From: a virus
Strand: one strand, 5' to 3'
Length of the DNA stretch: 64,000 nt
IMG/VR virus record: IMGVR_UViG_3300036985_006248
Coordinates: 64,001-128,000 of that record
Under the pieces are notes generated by a model that had not been told where the DNA came from, did not search any database, and saw only the letters and a program-made list of their open reading frames with translations. The position numbers and the translations under genes are program-made. Positions 44,849-54,419 of the stretch are shown piece after piece; position 1 is the first letter of the stretch, and the number at the start of each line of letters is the position of its first letter.

Positions 44849-45097
44849 CTACTTTAACTTAGCACCAAGCCGTATATTGAGCTTGTTTAAAGCACCTTCT
44901 TCTAGCTGTTTCACTCTAACAAACGAACAATTTAGTCGCTTTGCTACGTCTCTCAGAGTCAGGTCATCATTTTTGTCTATTGTAATTAGTGAACAGTTTA
45001 GATCTTCTTCATAATTTATCCATTTTCTACAATCTTTGTTTGGACATGAAACATTTAACTTGGTGCAAGCATCTACACAACTCTTATGTACAGTCAT
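44849..45097 (-). CDS. small protein with sigma70 region-4-like HTH and N-terminal Cys cluster
   Basis: LTLRDVAKRLNCSFVRVKQLEEGALNKL. Confidence 0.75.
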   Translation of the reverse strand: MTVHKSCVDACTKLNVSCPNKDCRKWINYEEDLNCSLITIDKNDDLTLRDVAKRLNCSFVRVKQLEEGALNKLNIRLGAKLK

Positions 45098-45414
45098 AAA
45101 TCAGGATTCTCGCTTTCAATTAGGTCAAATATGTTTTCAATCTCTTCTTCGTTAAGCGCAAAGTTCTTAATAGTTTGTCCTTCTTCTTTTCTATCGCGCT
45201 TTCTAGAATGTTTCTTAGCTTTGCTTAAGTCTTTTGCTAATATTTCATCCATGAAATTTCTTAAATGGACATTGTTTGTAAGGTACGCTGCAATAATATG
45301 CTTAATGAAAGTAGATTGCCCCATACGATCATAAAATAATGCTATCTTAAAACGAGCATGGACGTCATCGTCTATACTGAATATAAGCTGCTTTTCTTTA
45401 CTATTATCTCGCAT
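45094..45414 (-). CDS. hypothetical protein (RHH-like N-terminus)
   Basis: QLIFSIDDDVHARFKI. Confidence 0.6.
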   Translation of the reverse strand: MRDNSKEKQLIFSIDDDVHARFKIALFYDRMGQSTFIKHIIAAYLTNNVHLRNFMDEILAKDLSKAKKHSRKRDRKEEGQTIKNFALNEEEIENIFDLIESENPDL

Positions 45415-46426
45415 GGTTTAGTATGTGTGGGGAACTTTCTAATTGGCCCGCTGAACTTTGTTTAATAAAAGTTGCTTTGCAACGTAATTCTTTTATATTT
45501 CTGGATCCGCTATAGGAAAATCCACTGCGGACATTTCGCAGAAGGTCGTCCAATACATCTTTTACTTTCCCCTTATTTTGTACTCTATGAGATACACCCT
45601 CGAAAGAAGAATAGCTACCTTTCCAATCAATTTGCGCTTCTTTACTAGCCATTCCTCTATAAGTTTTATGATAACCCATAGAGTCCATATGTAGTTCACC
45701 GGGAGTTTCATCAGTGCCCGCTAAAAGAGAGCCCAACATTACAAAATCTGCTCCAGCGGCCAAAGACTTTACTATATCGCCAGACGTTTTTATTCCCCCA
45801 TCAGCAATGAGAGCCGATTCATTAGCCGCATTGGAACAAAGCATCACGGAACTTAACGTTGGAATCCCATGACCAGTTTGAATTCTGGTCGAGCAGATAC
45901 TTCCCCCGCCTATACCTACACGTACACTGTTTGCCCCCCAGTGACTTACACGCTCAAACCCTTCCAGAGTAGCCACATTCCCGGCCATTATGTGGATAGA
46001 AGAACCTAACTTGTTTCGTAAGTTCTTTAGAGCGTTCTTAACACTTATATGATCTCCATGTGCTACGTCTACACATATAACATTTGCGCCGTCCTGAACG
46101 AGTGCAGCGGCTCTTTCTAGATAATCTCCCGTGACGCCTATAGCAGCCCCGACGTTCTTAGCCCCAAGCAAGATAGCACTAACAACTAAATCTGCCTGCT
46201 CTTCAAGGGTGTTGTAACGATGAATAACTCCTAGACCGCCCGCTGCACTTAGTGCTACTGCCATGGTGGCAGAGGTCACTGTATCCATGGGACTCGATAT
46301 AATTGGGATCTCAAGTTTTATATTTCCAAGATAAGAAGATAAATCTACTTCGCTTCTTGAAGAGATATCGCTATATTTTGGTTCTAGTAGCACGTCGTCG
46401 AAGCAAACAGTTTCTTGGAAAGTCAT
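45404..46426 (-). CDS. IMPDH/GMP reductase family protein without CBS domains
   Basis: FDDVLL, SSPMDTVT, GIGGGSICSTR, IADGGI, YRGMAS. Confidence 0.9.
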   Translation of the reverse strand: MTFQETVCFDDVLLEPKYSDISSRSEVDLSSYLGNIKLEIPIISSPMDTVTSATMAVALSAAGGLGVIHRYNTLEEQADLVVSAILLGAKNVGAAIGVTGDYLERAAALVQDGANVICVDVAHGDHISVKNALKNLRNKLGSSIHIMAGNVATLEGFERVSHWGANSVRVGIGGGSICSTRIQTGHGIPTLSSVMLCSNAANESALIADGGIKTSGDIVKSLAAGADFVMLGSLLAGTDETPGELHMDSMGYHKTYRGMASKEAQIDWKGSYSSFEGVSHRVQNKGKVKDVLDDLLRNVRSGFSYSGSRNIKELRCKATFIKQSSAGQLESSPHILNHAR

Positions 46427-46471
46427 TTTTTGTCCTGTTCTAAAGTACGTTTGAGATGTCCTGCTATAAAA

Positions 46472-46723
46472 TCAAATACCGGAGTTTCTTGAAATTTCAT
46501 CGGCTCTCCGTCCTTCACTGCACTTAGGACAATATAGGTCTACCCGCTTATCAGCATTAAATACCTCTACATACCACGTCATCACCATCATTTTATTTTT
46601 CTTGTCGAAAGGCTCATTACATTCCTTGCAAGAAGTTGGCATACTGAGAATTAAAGCTGCCGACGTTGCCAACTTCTGTTCTAGCTTTTTCTTTTTGTTA
46701 CCCGTTCTTGATCGGTTACCCAT
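46472..46723 (-). CDS. small Zn-binding protein
   Basis: CKEC...YCPKC. Confidence 0.65.
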   Translation of the reverse strand: MGNRSRTGNKKKKLEQKLATSAALILSMPTSCKECNEPFDKKNKMMVMTWYVEVFNADKRVDLYCPKCSEGRRADEISRNSGI

Positions 46724-46770
46724 GTTTTGTCTCGTATTCTTTTGGATTATAGAAGGACTTCCTGTTTAAT

Positions 46771-47580
46771 TCATATTTCATTATTTTTTTCTATTGTAAC
46801 AGTTTCTTTTGGCTCTGGCAAGGGAATAAGACTGAATGTTATAATGGCTTTTGATGCATCAACAACCTTTAGTTTGTTTCCAGAGCTATCATAAATATTA
46901 TAATTTTCATTAACATATTTTTCAAATTCTTTTGCTAGTTGATTTTTTTCTTCTGTCGATAATACTTCAATACCTTTTGATTTTTTATAAGCTTTGACAT
47001 ATTCAACTTCAGCAATGTTGATATGAGCTATGGCTGCTTTATAACCGGGTTCAACCATTTCTTTTTTCGTATAAATACTTGGCGGATATATTTTAGATTT
47101 AAAAACCAATGGCTCTTTGGAAGCCTTTAAATAGTCCTTTGTAGCTTCTTCTTTTTTAGCTATTGGATACTTTTGTGGCTCTTTTTTTACTGATTTATCA
47201 TATTGACCTGATATCGCATATCCACTTTTAATAAATTCACTATAATTAATATTAGAAATTCTAATAATTACAGTATTCGTGGCATTTTCGCCATTCTTTA
47301 TTATATTTGCGAATGCTCTATGTCTACCTTCGTGTGAAGTAACTGTTCCTATTTCATTTATGTTTAGTAAAAGTTCTCCTGCTCGTGCTTCAGAATATTC
47401 CAATGGTCGTGTTTTTTGATCGTGCCTTAGCATATCCATAACATCTTCGTTGGTAGTTAATTCAAGAAAATCTCTAGAAGGCATTCTTACTAAAATTTCA
47501 TCATATCTTTCATTTTCTTTAAGAATGCCTTCTAATTCTTCTTTGATAACTTGTTTCAAATACTTTTTTGAAATTTTCAT
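46771..47580 (-). CDS. hypothetical protein with ParB/Srx-like motif
   Basis: MKISKKYLKQVIKEE; HEGRHRA. Confidence 0.6.
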   Translation of the reverse strand: MKISKKYLKQVIKEELEGILKENERYDEILVRMPSRDFLELTTNEDVMDMLRHDQKTRPLEYSEARAGELLLNINEIGTVTSHEGRHRAFANIIKNGENATNTVIIRISNINYSEFIKSGYAISGQYDKSVKKEPQKYPIAKKEEATKDYLKASKEPLVFKSKIYPPSIYTKKEMVEPGYKAAIAHINIAEVEYVKAYKKSKGIEVLSTEEKNQLAKEFEKYVNENYNIYDSSGNKLKVVDASKAIITFSLIPLPEPKETVTIEKNNEI

Positions 47581-47593
47581 ATTTTATCTTGAA

Positions 47594-48034
47594 TTATTTA
47601 TGTCCTGTACTCCCGAAGCCTCCTGCGCCACGGGCATTATTAGGAATGTCAAAGACCTCAACCAATTCCAATTCGCTTTCATATACACGATTAACTGTGA
47701 ACTGAGCAACTTTATCGTGATGCTTTAAGTCAATATCTCTATCGGTGCCGTTATACAATATTACCCCCCACGGTCCTGTATAAAATGCATCAACTAGTCC
47801 AAGAGCAACAATTTTGCCTTTGCTGCTCATTCCACTACGACCACGAATGTCACACGACCAACCCTCTGGTGGCATAATAGAAACTCCTGTGGGGATAATA
47901 GCAGTTTGACCCTTCAATAATACCATATCACCATTTGGTAAATCAGCAAACAAATCATATGCTGCATCTTGTTGATGAGCCTTTACGGGAGGTTTTGCAG
48001 TGTTACTTAACGGCTTCCATTGTAGTTTTATCAT
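47594..48034 (-). CDS. dut: dUTPase (trimeric)
   Basis: AAYDL, RSG, GLVDAFYTG, RGAGGFGSTG. Confidence 0.95.
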   Translation of the reverse strand: MIKLQWKPLSNTAKPPVKAHQQDAAYDLFADLPNGDMVLLKGQTAIIPTGVSIMPPEGWSCDIRGRSGMSSKGKIVALGLVDAFYTGPWGVILYNGTDRDIDLKHHDKVAQFTVNRVYESELELVEVFDIPNNARGAGGFGSTGHK

Positions 48035-48043
48035 TATATCCTC

Positions 48044-48229
48044 TTATTTAGTTCTTACAACATCGTAAAGTTGCTGATGAGTGGGTATGCCCCATCTTAA
48101 CGTTTCAAACTGAAAATATCCTGAATGTAATCCTTCATGTCCTTCAGCTTTGGCACAAAGTAATGTATCATACATGGGGTGGACTGTGCAACAGGTTTTA
48201 TTTTGTTTTAGTTTGTCTTTATTTTCCAT
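48044..48229 (-). CDS. hypothetical protein
   Basis: 61 aa ORF. Confidence 0.5.
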   Translation of the reverse strand: MENKDKLKQNKTCCTVHPMYDTLLCAKAEGHEGLHSGYFQFETLRWGIPTHQQLYDVVRTK

Positions 48230-48473
48230 ATTTTCTCTCGTATTCTTGAATGGTTATTAACGTCAGATGTTCGAAAGCATATTTATCATAGTCCCCCGTG
48301 TACACATTTCTTTTCGAAAAATATAACTGGACATATCTATCAGCTAAAAGCTCATTATGCTTCCAATCTACAAACCCCATTACTAATACTGGCTCAGGGT
48401 AAGCTGGTTCCGCCACATGCAAAAATAACTCGCCAATTTTGATATCTTCAAAGGATATAGAATTATAACTCAT
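48219..48473 (-). CDS. GDL-family paralogue
   Basis: ISFEDIKIGELF, matching ISFEDIKVGDLV of the 9569 gene. Confidence 0.6.
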   Translation of the reverse strand: MSYNSISFEDIKIGELFLHVAEPAYPEPVLVMGFVDWKHNELLADRYVQLYFSKRNVYTGDYDKYAFEHLTLITIQEYERKYGK

Positions 48474-48655
48474 TTTGCTCGTCTTTTTCTTTCCATGCCC
48501 CGCGTATATCTTTTCATTGATTCTTGAACAAACTCAAGATTTTTGATTGTGAGAACATCATGCTTCAAATCTTCCTTCAAATCGCTCATATCAAAAAGGA
48601 TGTCTGTTCTTAGAATGTCTAAACGGCGAGGACGATAATTATTTTGGTAACCCAT
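48470..48655 (-). CDS. hypothetical protein
   Basis: 61 aa ORF, GGAG SD. Confidence 0.55.
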   Translation of the reverse strand: MGYQNNYRPRRLDILRTDILFDMSDLKEDLKHDVLTIKNLEFVQESMKRYTRGMERKRRAK

Positions 48656-48676
48656 TATTTAGCTCCGCTGCTGCCT

Positions 48677-51600
48677 TCAGCCTAACAATTTAAACGTATG
48701 CTTAATACTTCTTGTACTAAATCCCCAAGTATCATCGTATTGTAACTTTCCTAGATATGGTCGGTTAAGCCAAATCTTATCACGCTTTGGGTCAACCCCC
48801 CAGCATTTAATATTGGTAAGTTTATTTGTAATATCTGTAGTTTCTAGAATCCAGAATATCTTGCCGTTTTTTGTTTTCTTCTCAGTAATTTTACGTGGGA
48901 TAAACCATACTACCTCACCCAATGATGGGTCATAATCACCAATCGGTGGAATATATTTATCTTCAATGCTTTTTAAAGTCGCCGGGTCGAGCACAAGATT
49001 AATTGGATAAACTCCCGATAGCGAGACAAGATTTTCAATAGTTTCTTCCGTAGTAAAACTGCCTTCTGGCTTGTACTTGTCTATGTTCTCCAGCAGCTTC
49101 TTTGGTGTCTTTGGACGGTCAACCACTACTGCCGACCAAAAGTGTTTTAACCCAGTGAATCTCTTATCAACCAAAGAAGGCAAAGCGTTGCTTCTTGTTA
49201 AAGCGTCAAGGGCTTTTTTGTTTAACTTACTATAAATTATCTCTTCATTAAACAGCAGTTCCTCGACTGTCTTGAAAGGTCGATATTTCATTATTTCTGT
49301 CATGGCTGTATCTCCAAGTCCCTTAATAGATGACAGAGGTTGAATAAGTGTTTTATCGTCTAGGTTATCGACTTCCCATTTCGTACCTGAATTGTTGATA
49401 TCGAGTGGCTTGATGTTAAACCCATAGTATTTTGCTAGAGAAATAGCAGCTTCCTTTTTTTCCTCCGGTTCTTTATCGAGAAACGCCGCCGCCCATTCTG
49501 CTGGATGATGATGGAACAGGTAAGCACACTGATAAGAAATTATAGAATAACAGATAGCGTGTGATAAATTGAAACCGTACCCTGAAAAGAATTCCATAGT
49601 CTTCCAGAGATCGATACCGTTTTCTTCTGTTAATCCCTTCTCCACACACCCGTCAATAAACTTCTGATAAAGCTTAAGCTTGACTTGTGCTTCCTTGCCA
49701 GTTCCTTTCTTGGTGAGAACCTTCCGTAGTTCATTACCTTCATCTAGGGAAATGTTTTTACCAAGTTTGTGCGCTAACATGCTTAATTGCTCTTGGAAAA
49801 CTATGAATCCATGGGTTTCTTGCGTCACTTCTTTAATTAATGGATGAGCATATTTTATAGACTCAGGATTATTCTTAGCTAAGATATAATTCTCATGTAC
49901 GTTTGCCGATAAAGGACCGGGACGGAAGATAGAAGTAATGGCCGCGATATCTATGATGTTTTTTGGTTTAGCTAACATGCAGAATTTCTGAGCATTTTTG
50001 CTAGTGAACTGGAATGTTCCACAGAAGTTTCCTTCTTGGAAAATGTGTTCATAGACACCTTGGTCGTCTAGATTGATCTTTTCTGGATGGAGATTATCAT
50101 TGTAATACTTCTTGATATCCTCAAAGGTGGGCGTAGCAATGCCGTGGTGTCTTTTAAGAATGTGTTCAATCGCTGTTTCAATCATACGAAGAGAAGCAAG
50201 ACCAAGAATATCAAACTTGATAAACCCAAGTGGCTCTAAATGACGTACTGTTTGTCCTTCAGTCCAAGGGGTTTGTACAGTGCCACCACTATTGATTAGA
50301 GGCATCTTTTCATTGATATTATCTGCAAACAAAACTCCACCAGCATGGCGCGAAATAGAACGTACTTGCTTCTGCAAGTTTTCAACGTGTGTCGCAACAT
50401 GGGGATACTTTTTGATGTAAGCATTGAGTGCGGGACTGTGTTCCTTTAACTCTTCCCAAGTCGGTTCATATACACCAGCTATAATGCCGTGTATTTTCTT
50501 GCAAATAGGAGTAGCTTCGTTGAGCATCTTAGAAGTGACTTCGTTCACGTCTGTAAAAGGGATTTCGTATAACTTGCTAATATCTTTTACTAGAGAACGT
50601 GGCTTTAGAGTATTGTAGTTGGAAATAGGAACTACCGAGTTTTCTCCATACTCTTTGATAAGCAATTCCTTAATTGCCATAGGGTCGGAAACGTCAAAAT
50701 CGATATCGGGCATATCACTAAGATCTGTTTTGCGGATAAAACGTGAAAACTGTAATTTATACTTGATAGGGTCTATTTCTGTAATATTTAGCAAATATGA
50801 TACAAGAGAACCCGCTCCAGAACCACGGCCACCACCGCATAACTGTACTTCTTTGGACTTGTCGCTAATCTTCTTCATAGTCAAGAAGTATTTTGAGAAT
50901 CCACGGTCTTTAATGGTGTGAAGTTCTTCTTTTAATCTCTCAACGTAAGCGTTGTCTTTATAAAGCCCAGTGCTCTTTAACTTATCGACTGCCATTTTGG
51001 CTAATGCGGTATCTGCGGTTTCACCTTCGGGAACAACGAATGAAGGCAACTTAATGCTCGTATCGGGAATATAATTCTCAATACGGTTCTTAAGAATATC
51101 GTCTGTACGAGCAATAGACTCTTCGATAAGCTTATCATCATAGGAAAAGCCAAGGTTTTTTGAGAATAGTTTATAGGAGGCAAACAATTCATCGCCGTTC
51201 TTGGGATAAAGCTGATATTCCATCGCTTCTAGAGTAGAAGGCAGTGCGTCGATTTTAATTTCATTTCCACCCTTACCAGCCCAACCGAGCATCTTATAGA
51301 TTTCGCGGTCCTTCCACATATCCGGTGAAGGAAAGTGTGCATCACACGTACTGATGAGCTTGAAGCCTAGCTGTTTAGAAATATTGATGATATATTGATT
51401 AACAATGTGTTGCTCTTTGTAATTCGCCCACTGTAATTCACCATAAAAGCGATCACCAAAGATATCCATCATAGACTTAACAGTCTTTTCCATGGCAGCG
51501 TAAACAGCCCTTTCTCCCTTGTCGATATTATCCCAATAATCATTGGCTAACACTCCACCCAGACAGGCAGAACTGGCGATGAGTCCTTCGTTGTGCTTCT

Positions 51601-52114
51601 TGAGCATTTCATAATCCATACGTGGGTAGCGATAAAAGTTATCACCACGATATGAATCACTAACCAACTTGAAAAGATTGTTTAAACCAATCTGGTTTTG
51701 GGCTACCAACACCAAGTGCGAACGACGATTTAAGGTTGAACGAATGCCTTTCTTAGTTTCGCTTTCATTTTCGACAACTAGTCCAACATCGTCGTCAACA
51801 TGCTTTGCAAGCTTGGCGTCATCTTTGTGCTTGCTGTGTTCTCCCTTCCATTGAATTATGGATGGGTGGACGTATGCCTCAATACCATACATAACGCGAA
51901 AATCTTTACCTTCTTCTTTCATCTTCTTCGCCTTCATAAAAGCATAGCTAAAGCTATTGCAATTTCCATGCTCTGTAAAAGCAATACCTTGCAGTCCATT
52001 TTGAAAGCCGAAATCGATATGTTCTTCGGGATACCCGAGGCCATCAAAAATAGAATATGTAGTGTGCGTATGCAGGTTCACGAAAGGAATACTGGTCTTC
52101 TTGCGCTCTGACAT
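48677..52114 (-). CDS. dnaE: DNA polymerase III alpha subunit
   Basis: PHP domain LHTHT.YS..DG, GRGSGAGSLVSY, PDIDFD, HAGGV, KFDILGL, YGFNLSHA. Confidence 0.96.
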   Translation of the reverse strand: MSERKKTSIPFVNLHTHTTYSIFDGLGYPEEHIDFGFQNGLQGIAFTEHGNCNSFSYAFMKAKKMKEEGKDFRVMYGIEAYVHPSIIQWKGEHSKHKDDAKLAKHVDDDVGLVVENESETKKGIRSTLNRRSHLVLVAQNQIGLNNLFKLVSDSYRGDNFYRYPRMDYEMLKKHNEGLIASSACLGGVLANDYWDNIDKGERAVYAAMEKTVKSMMDIFGDRFYGELQWANYKEQHIVNQYIINISKQLGFKLISTCDAHFPSPDMWKDREIYKMLGWAGKGGNEIKIDALPSTLEAMEYQLYPKNGDELFASYKLFSKNLGFSYDDKLIEESIARTDDILKNRIENYIPDTSIKLPSFVVPEGETADTALAKMAVDKLKSTGLYKDNAYVERLKEELHTIKDRGFSKYFLTMKKISDKSKEVQLCGGGRGSGAGSLVSYLLNITEIDPIKYKLQFSRFIRKTDLSDMPDIDFDVSDPMAIKELLIKEYGENSVVPISNYNTLKPRSLVKDISKLYEIPFTDVNEVTSKMLNEATPICKKIHGIIAGVYEPTWEELKEHSPALNAYIKKYPHVATHVENLQKQVRSISRHAGGVLFADNINEKMPLINSGGTVQTPWTEGQTVRHLEPLGFIKFDILGLASLRMIETAIEHILKRHHGIATPTFEDIKKYYNDNLHPEKINLDDQGVYEHIFQEGNFCGTFQFTSKNAQKFCMLAKPKNIIDIAAITSIFRPGPLSANVHENYILAKNNPESIKYAHPLIKEVTQETHGFIVFQEQLSMLAHKLGKNISLDEGNELRKVLTKKGTGKEAQVKLKLYQKFIDGCVEKGLTEENGIDLWKTMEFFSGYGFNLSHAICYSIISYQCAYLFHHHPAEWAAAFLDKEPEEKKEAAISLAKYYGFNIKPLDINNSGTKWEVDNLDDKTLIQPLSSIKGLGDTAMTEIMKYRPFKTVEELLFNEEIIYSKLNKKALDALTRSNALPSLVDKRFTGLKHFWSAVVVDRPKTPKKLLENIDKYKPEGSFTTEETIENLVSLSGVYPINLVLDPATLKSIEDKYIPPIGDYDPSLGEVVWFIPRKITEKKTKNGKIFWILETTDITNKLTNIKCWGVDPKRDKIWLNRPYLGKLQYDDTWGFSTRSIKHTFKLLG

Positions 52115-52133
52115 TGTTTCTCCTATACAAATA

Positions 52134-52841
52134 CTATACCACGTTAGTTTCTTCTTTCCAAATTTTTTTATTTATCAAAAGATAAATTGTGGTGCAAGAT
52201 ACATCATATTTTTTAGATAAAGATTTTGTTGTATTTCCTGATTCGTGTAATTGTCGTATTTCCCTAGCCTTACCCCAATCTAATTTAGACATAGGATTTA
52301 TTCTTTTTTTGGCTTTTTTTCTCATTAATTCTATAGTTTCGGCAGAGTGTTTTTTTCCATACATTGGATTCTTCTCGTTCTGTCTATTGCCTATAGCTTC
52401 TCTGATTTTTTGTTTGGTTGCATTCGTGAGCTTCTTGCCGTATGCCGGTGCGAGATGTCCCTTTTTTCCATACATCGGATTCCTCTCCCCAGAAACGTCT
52501 GCGTGATTTTCGCTTATTCTTTTTTTGGCATCTTCACTGTATTTAATGCCCAAAGTAGAACTCGCAATTTTACAGATGTTATATTCCGGCGTTAGAATGT
52601 CTAGAAAGTGCTGCTCTCTTAGTAACAAGCTATTGATATCAATTATTTCTTCTAGGACTTCGAATATAAAGTTTTCTTTTCCGTATTTGTCCCAAGCTCT
52701 TTGTAAATGATAATTACTATGGGTTTTGTTTTTTAATTCGCTAACGTGAGTAGAAAATCTATTTTTTATATCCACCGCGCTACCAATATAAAATTTACCA
52801 TTAATACGATTTGTTATTTTATAAATGCCAGATTTTTTCAT
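52134..52841 (-). CDS. free-standing GIY-YIG homing endonuclease with NUMOD3 repeats
   Basis: GIYKI...FYIGSA; NPMYGKKH repeats. Confidence 0.92.
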   Translation of the reverse strand: MKKSGIYKITNRINGKFYIGSAVDIKNRFSTHVSELKNKTHSNYHLQRAWDKYGKENFIFEVLEEIIDINSLLLREQHFLDILTPEYNICKIASSTLGIKYSEDAKKRISENHADVSGERNPMYGKKGHLAPAYGKKLTNATKQKIREAIGNRQNEKNPMYGKKHSAETIELMRKKAKKRINPMSKLDWGKAREIRQLHESGNTTKSLSKKYDVSCTTIYLLINKKIWKEETNVV

Positions 52842-52858
52842 GTTTCCAAGCCGCTAAA

Positions 52859-53185
52859 TTAATCTTCTCCAAACAACTTTTTTAGACGTAAGTATTCCTT
52901 TAATTCTTTCTTCTTTGCCATCTTTTTTTGCTTCTCGGCATCCATTTTTTGTTTTTCTATACGCTTCAAGCGATTTGCATATTCTTCATCGCTCTCTACA
53001 CGTTCCCCAGATAAATTATAGCTATTTACACCTCCAATATAATAATCAGCGTTAACGGTAAGATTAGAAAAATTAGAATATATCTTTTTATATTCTGCGA
53101 GCATAGAGACTACAGTCTCTAAAGAACCCTCAAAATAATCTTCAGGAATCCTACAAAGCCCAACTTTAATTTTTAGTTTACTCAT
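52859..53185 (-). CDS. hypothetical protein
   Basis: 108 aa ORF. Confidence 0.65.
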   Translation of the reverse strand: MSKLKIKVGLCRIPEDYFEGSLETVVSMLAEYKKIYSNFSNLTVNADYYIGGVNSYNLSGERVESDEEYANRLKRIEKQKMDAEKQKKMAKKKELKEYLRLKKLFGED

Positions 53186-53370
53186 ACTTTAATCCACTCT
53201 CTTAGATCAATTATTTCATACCATTCGATAAGACGACGGTTCTTGTCCTTAACTGTTTTAATCTTCGCTTCGGCTTCTTCATGGGTTTCAAATGTTCCAA
53301 TCCAATCTCTTGTTCCTCTGTTTGGATAATAATTTTCTCCCGCTATCAAAAGATAATATTTATTTTTCAC
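53182..53370 (-). CDS. hypothetical protein
   Basis: 62 aa coupled ORF. Confidence 0.6.
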   Translation of the reverse strand: MKNKYYLLIAGENYYPNRGTRDWIGTFETHEEAEAKIKTVKDKNRRLIEWYEIIDLREWIKV

Positions 53371-53600
53371 TGTTCAGTCTCCTTGAGAACTGCATCGCGC
53401 AATTCTTCTAATCGTGAAGCATCTTGCAAATCCTCTTTGGTGCATAAATCTCCTGATCCGACGACGCGCAGATCCATTTGCTCTAGAGCATCACGTAATA
53501 GCTTAACATGTCTCTTCAATCTGTCGATTTCCGCCACGGGATTACAATCGCATTCTCCATGTACCCACCAACCACAAGATTCCGAGTGCGAGTAACTCAT
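53367..53600 (-). CDS. hypothetical protein
   Basis: 77 aa coupled ORF. Confidence 0.6.
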   Translation of the reverse strand: MSYSHSESCGWWVHGECDCNPVAEIDRLKRHVKLLRDALEQMDLRVVGSGDLCTKEDLQDASRLEELRDAVLKETEQ

Positions 53601-53974
53601 TATATTTCCTCGTGGGATAATGCGTCAATTACCAGTTTATCACACACTAATGTCTTCTGTCCACATTCTTCATACAAAGTCTCTAAGGCTTTACGGAGCA
53701 TATATGACACGCGCTCCATATGAGCTAGCCTGACACGTAGAACCGAGGTGGCACTATCGACTCCTTTTGGAACATCAAGAGGCGATGCCCTAGGAGGTAC
53801 GCTGCAAGCTCCTATCGCAAACTCATCAAGATAGAAGTCACATTGGCGCAAGGCATTTAAAGCATTATCGCGCTCTGCCGTTAATTCATCCAGAGCGGCA
53901 CATACAGCTTCGTTGAGCACCTTGATACACTTATCATAGGCTGTTTCACCTATGGATTTGTCTTTTTTCTTCAT
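53600..53974 (-). CDS. hypothetical protein
   Basis: 124 aa ORF. Confidence 0.6.
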   Translation of the reverse strand: MKKKDKSIGETAYDKCIKVLNEAVCAALDELTAERDNALNALRQCDFYLDEFAIGACSVPPRASPLDVPKGVDSATSVLRVRLAHMERVSYMLRKALETLYEECGQKTLVCDKLVIDALSHEEI

Positions 53975-54037
53975 TGTTTGATCTCCATTGACGTTACATA
54001 GAAAACAGTATAACAGATGCTTTTTGAAACATCAATG

Positions 54038-54418
54038 CTAAACTTGGGTCTTTAAAACATCTTTTAAACCATTTACCGCTTTATCAACTACTTTTGAGCA
54101 CAGATCTAATTCCTGAGTATATTTGTACATGCCAGCTTGCATTGCTAGTAATTCCTGATTAGACATATTCTCTCTAGTTAATGAGGTCTTTAAAATGGAA
54201 TCAATCTTCATTGAACCTTTTTCCAAGGATGCAATAATTGAAGAAATGGTGCTTGAAATTTTTGAAGTTGATTCAATCTTGTTTACATGATGATTATCAT
54301 GTTGTTTATTGATTGTCACATCAAATTTACTTGGTGCTGTTTTTTCTAATTGTGGACGTGGATGTTCAACAACTTTTTGTAAGCCCGCTGCTGCTATGTT
54401 AGAAAGTGGACCCGCCAT
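54038..54418 (-). CDS. type III secretion inner-rod (SctI/PrgJ/HrpB2)-like protein
   Basis: C-terminus MSNQELLAMQAGMYKYTQELDLCSKVVDKAVNGLKDVLKTQV fits the rod-family pattern. Confidence 0.72.
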   Translation of the reverse strand: MAGPLSNIAAAGLQKVVEHPRPQLEKTAPSKFDVTINKQHDNHHVNKIESTSKISSTISSIIASLEKGSMKIDSILKTSLTRENMSNQELLAMQAGMYKYTQELDLCSKVVDKAVNGLKDVLKTQV

Positions 54419-54419
54419 A

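Noticed and set aside
52134-52841. Group I intron in dnaE
   Set aside because: The GIY-YIG ORF lies entirely upstream of the dnaE start, and dnaE is uninterrupted.
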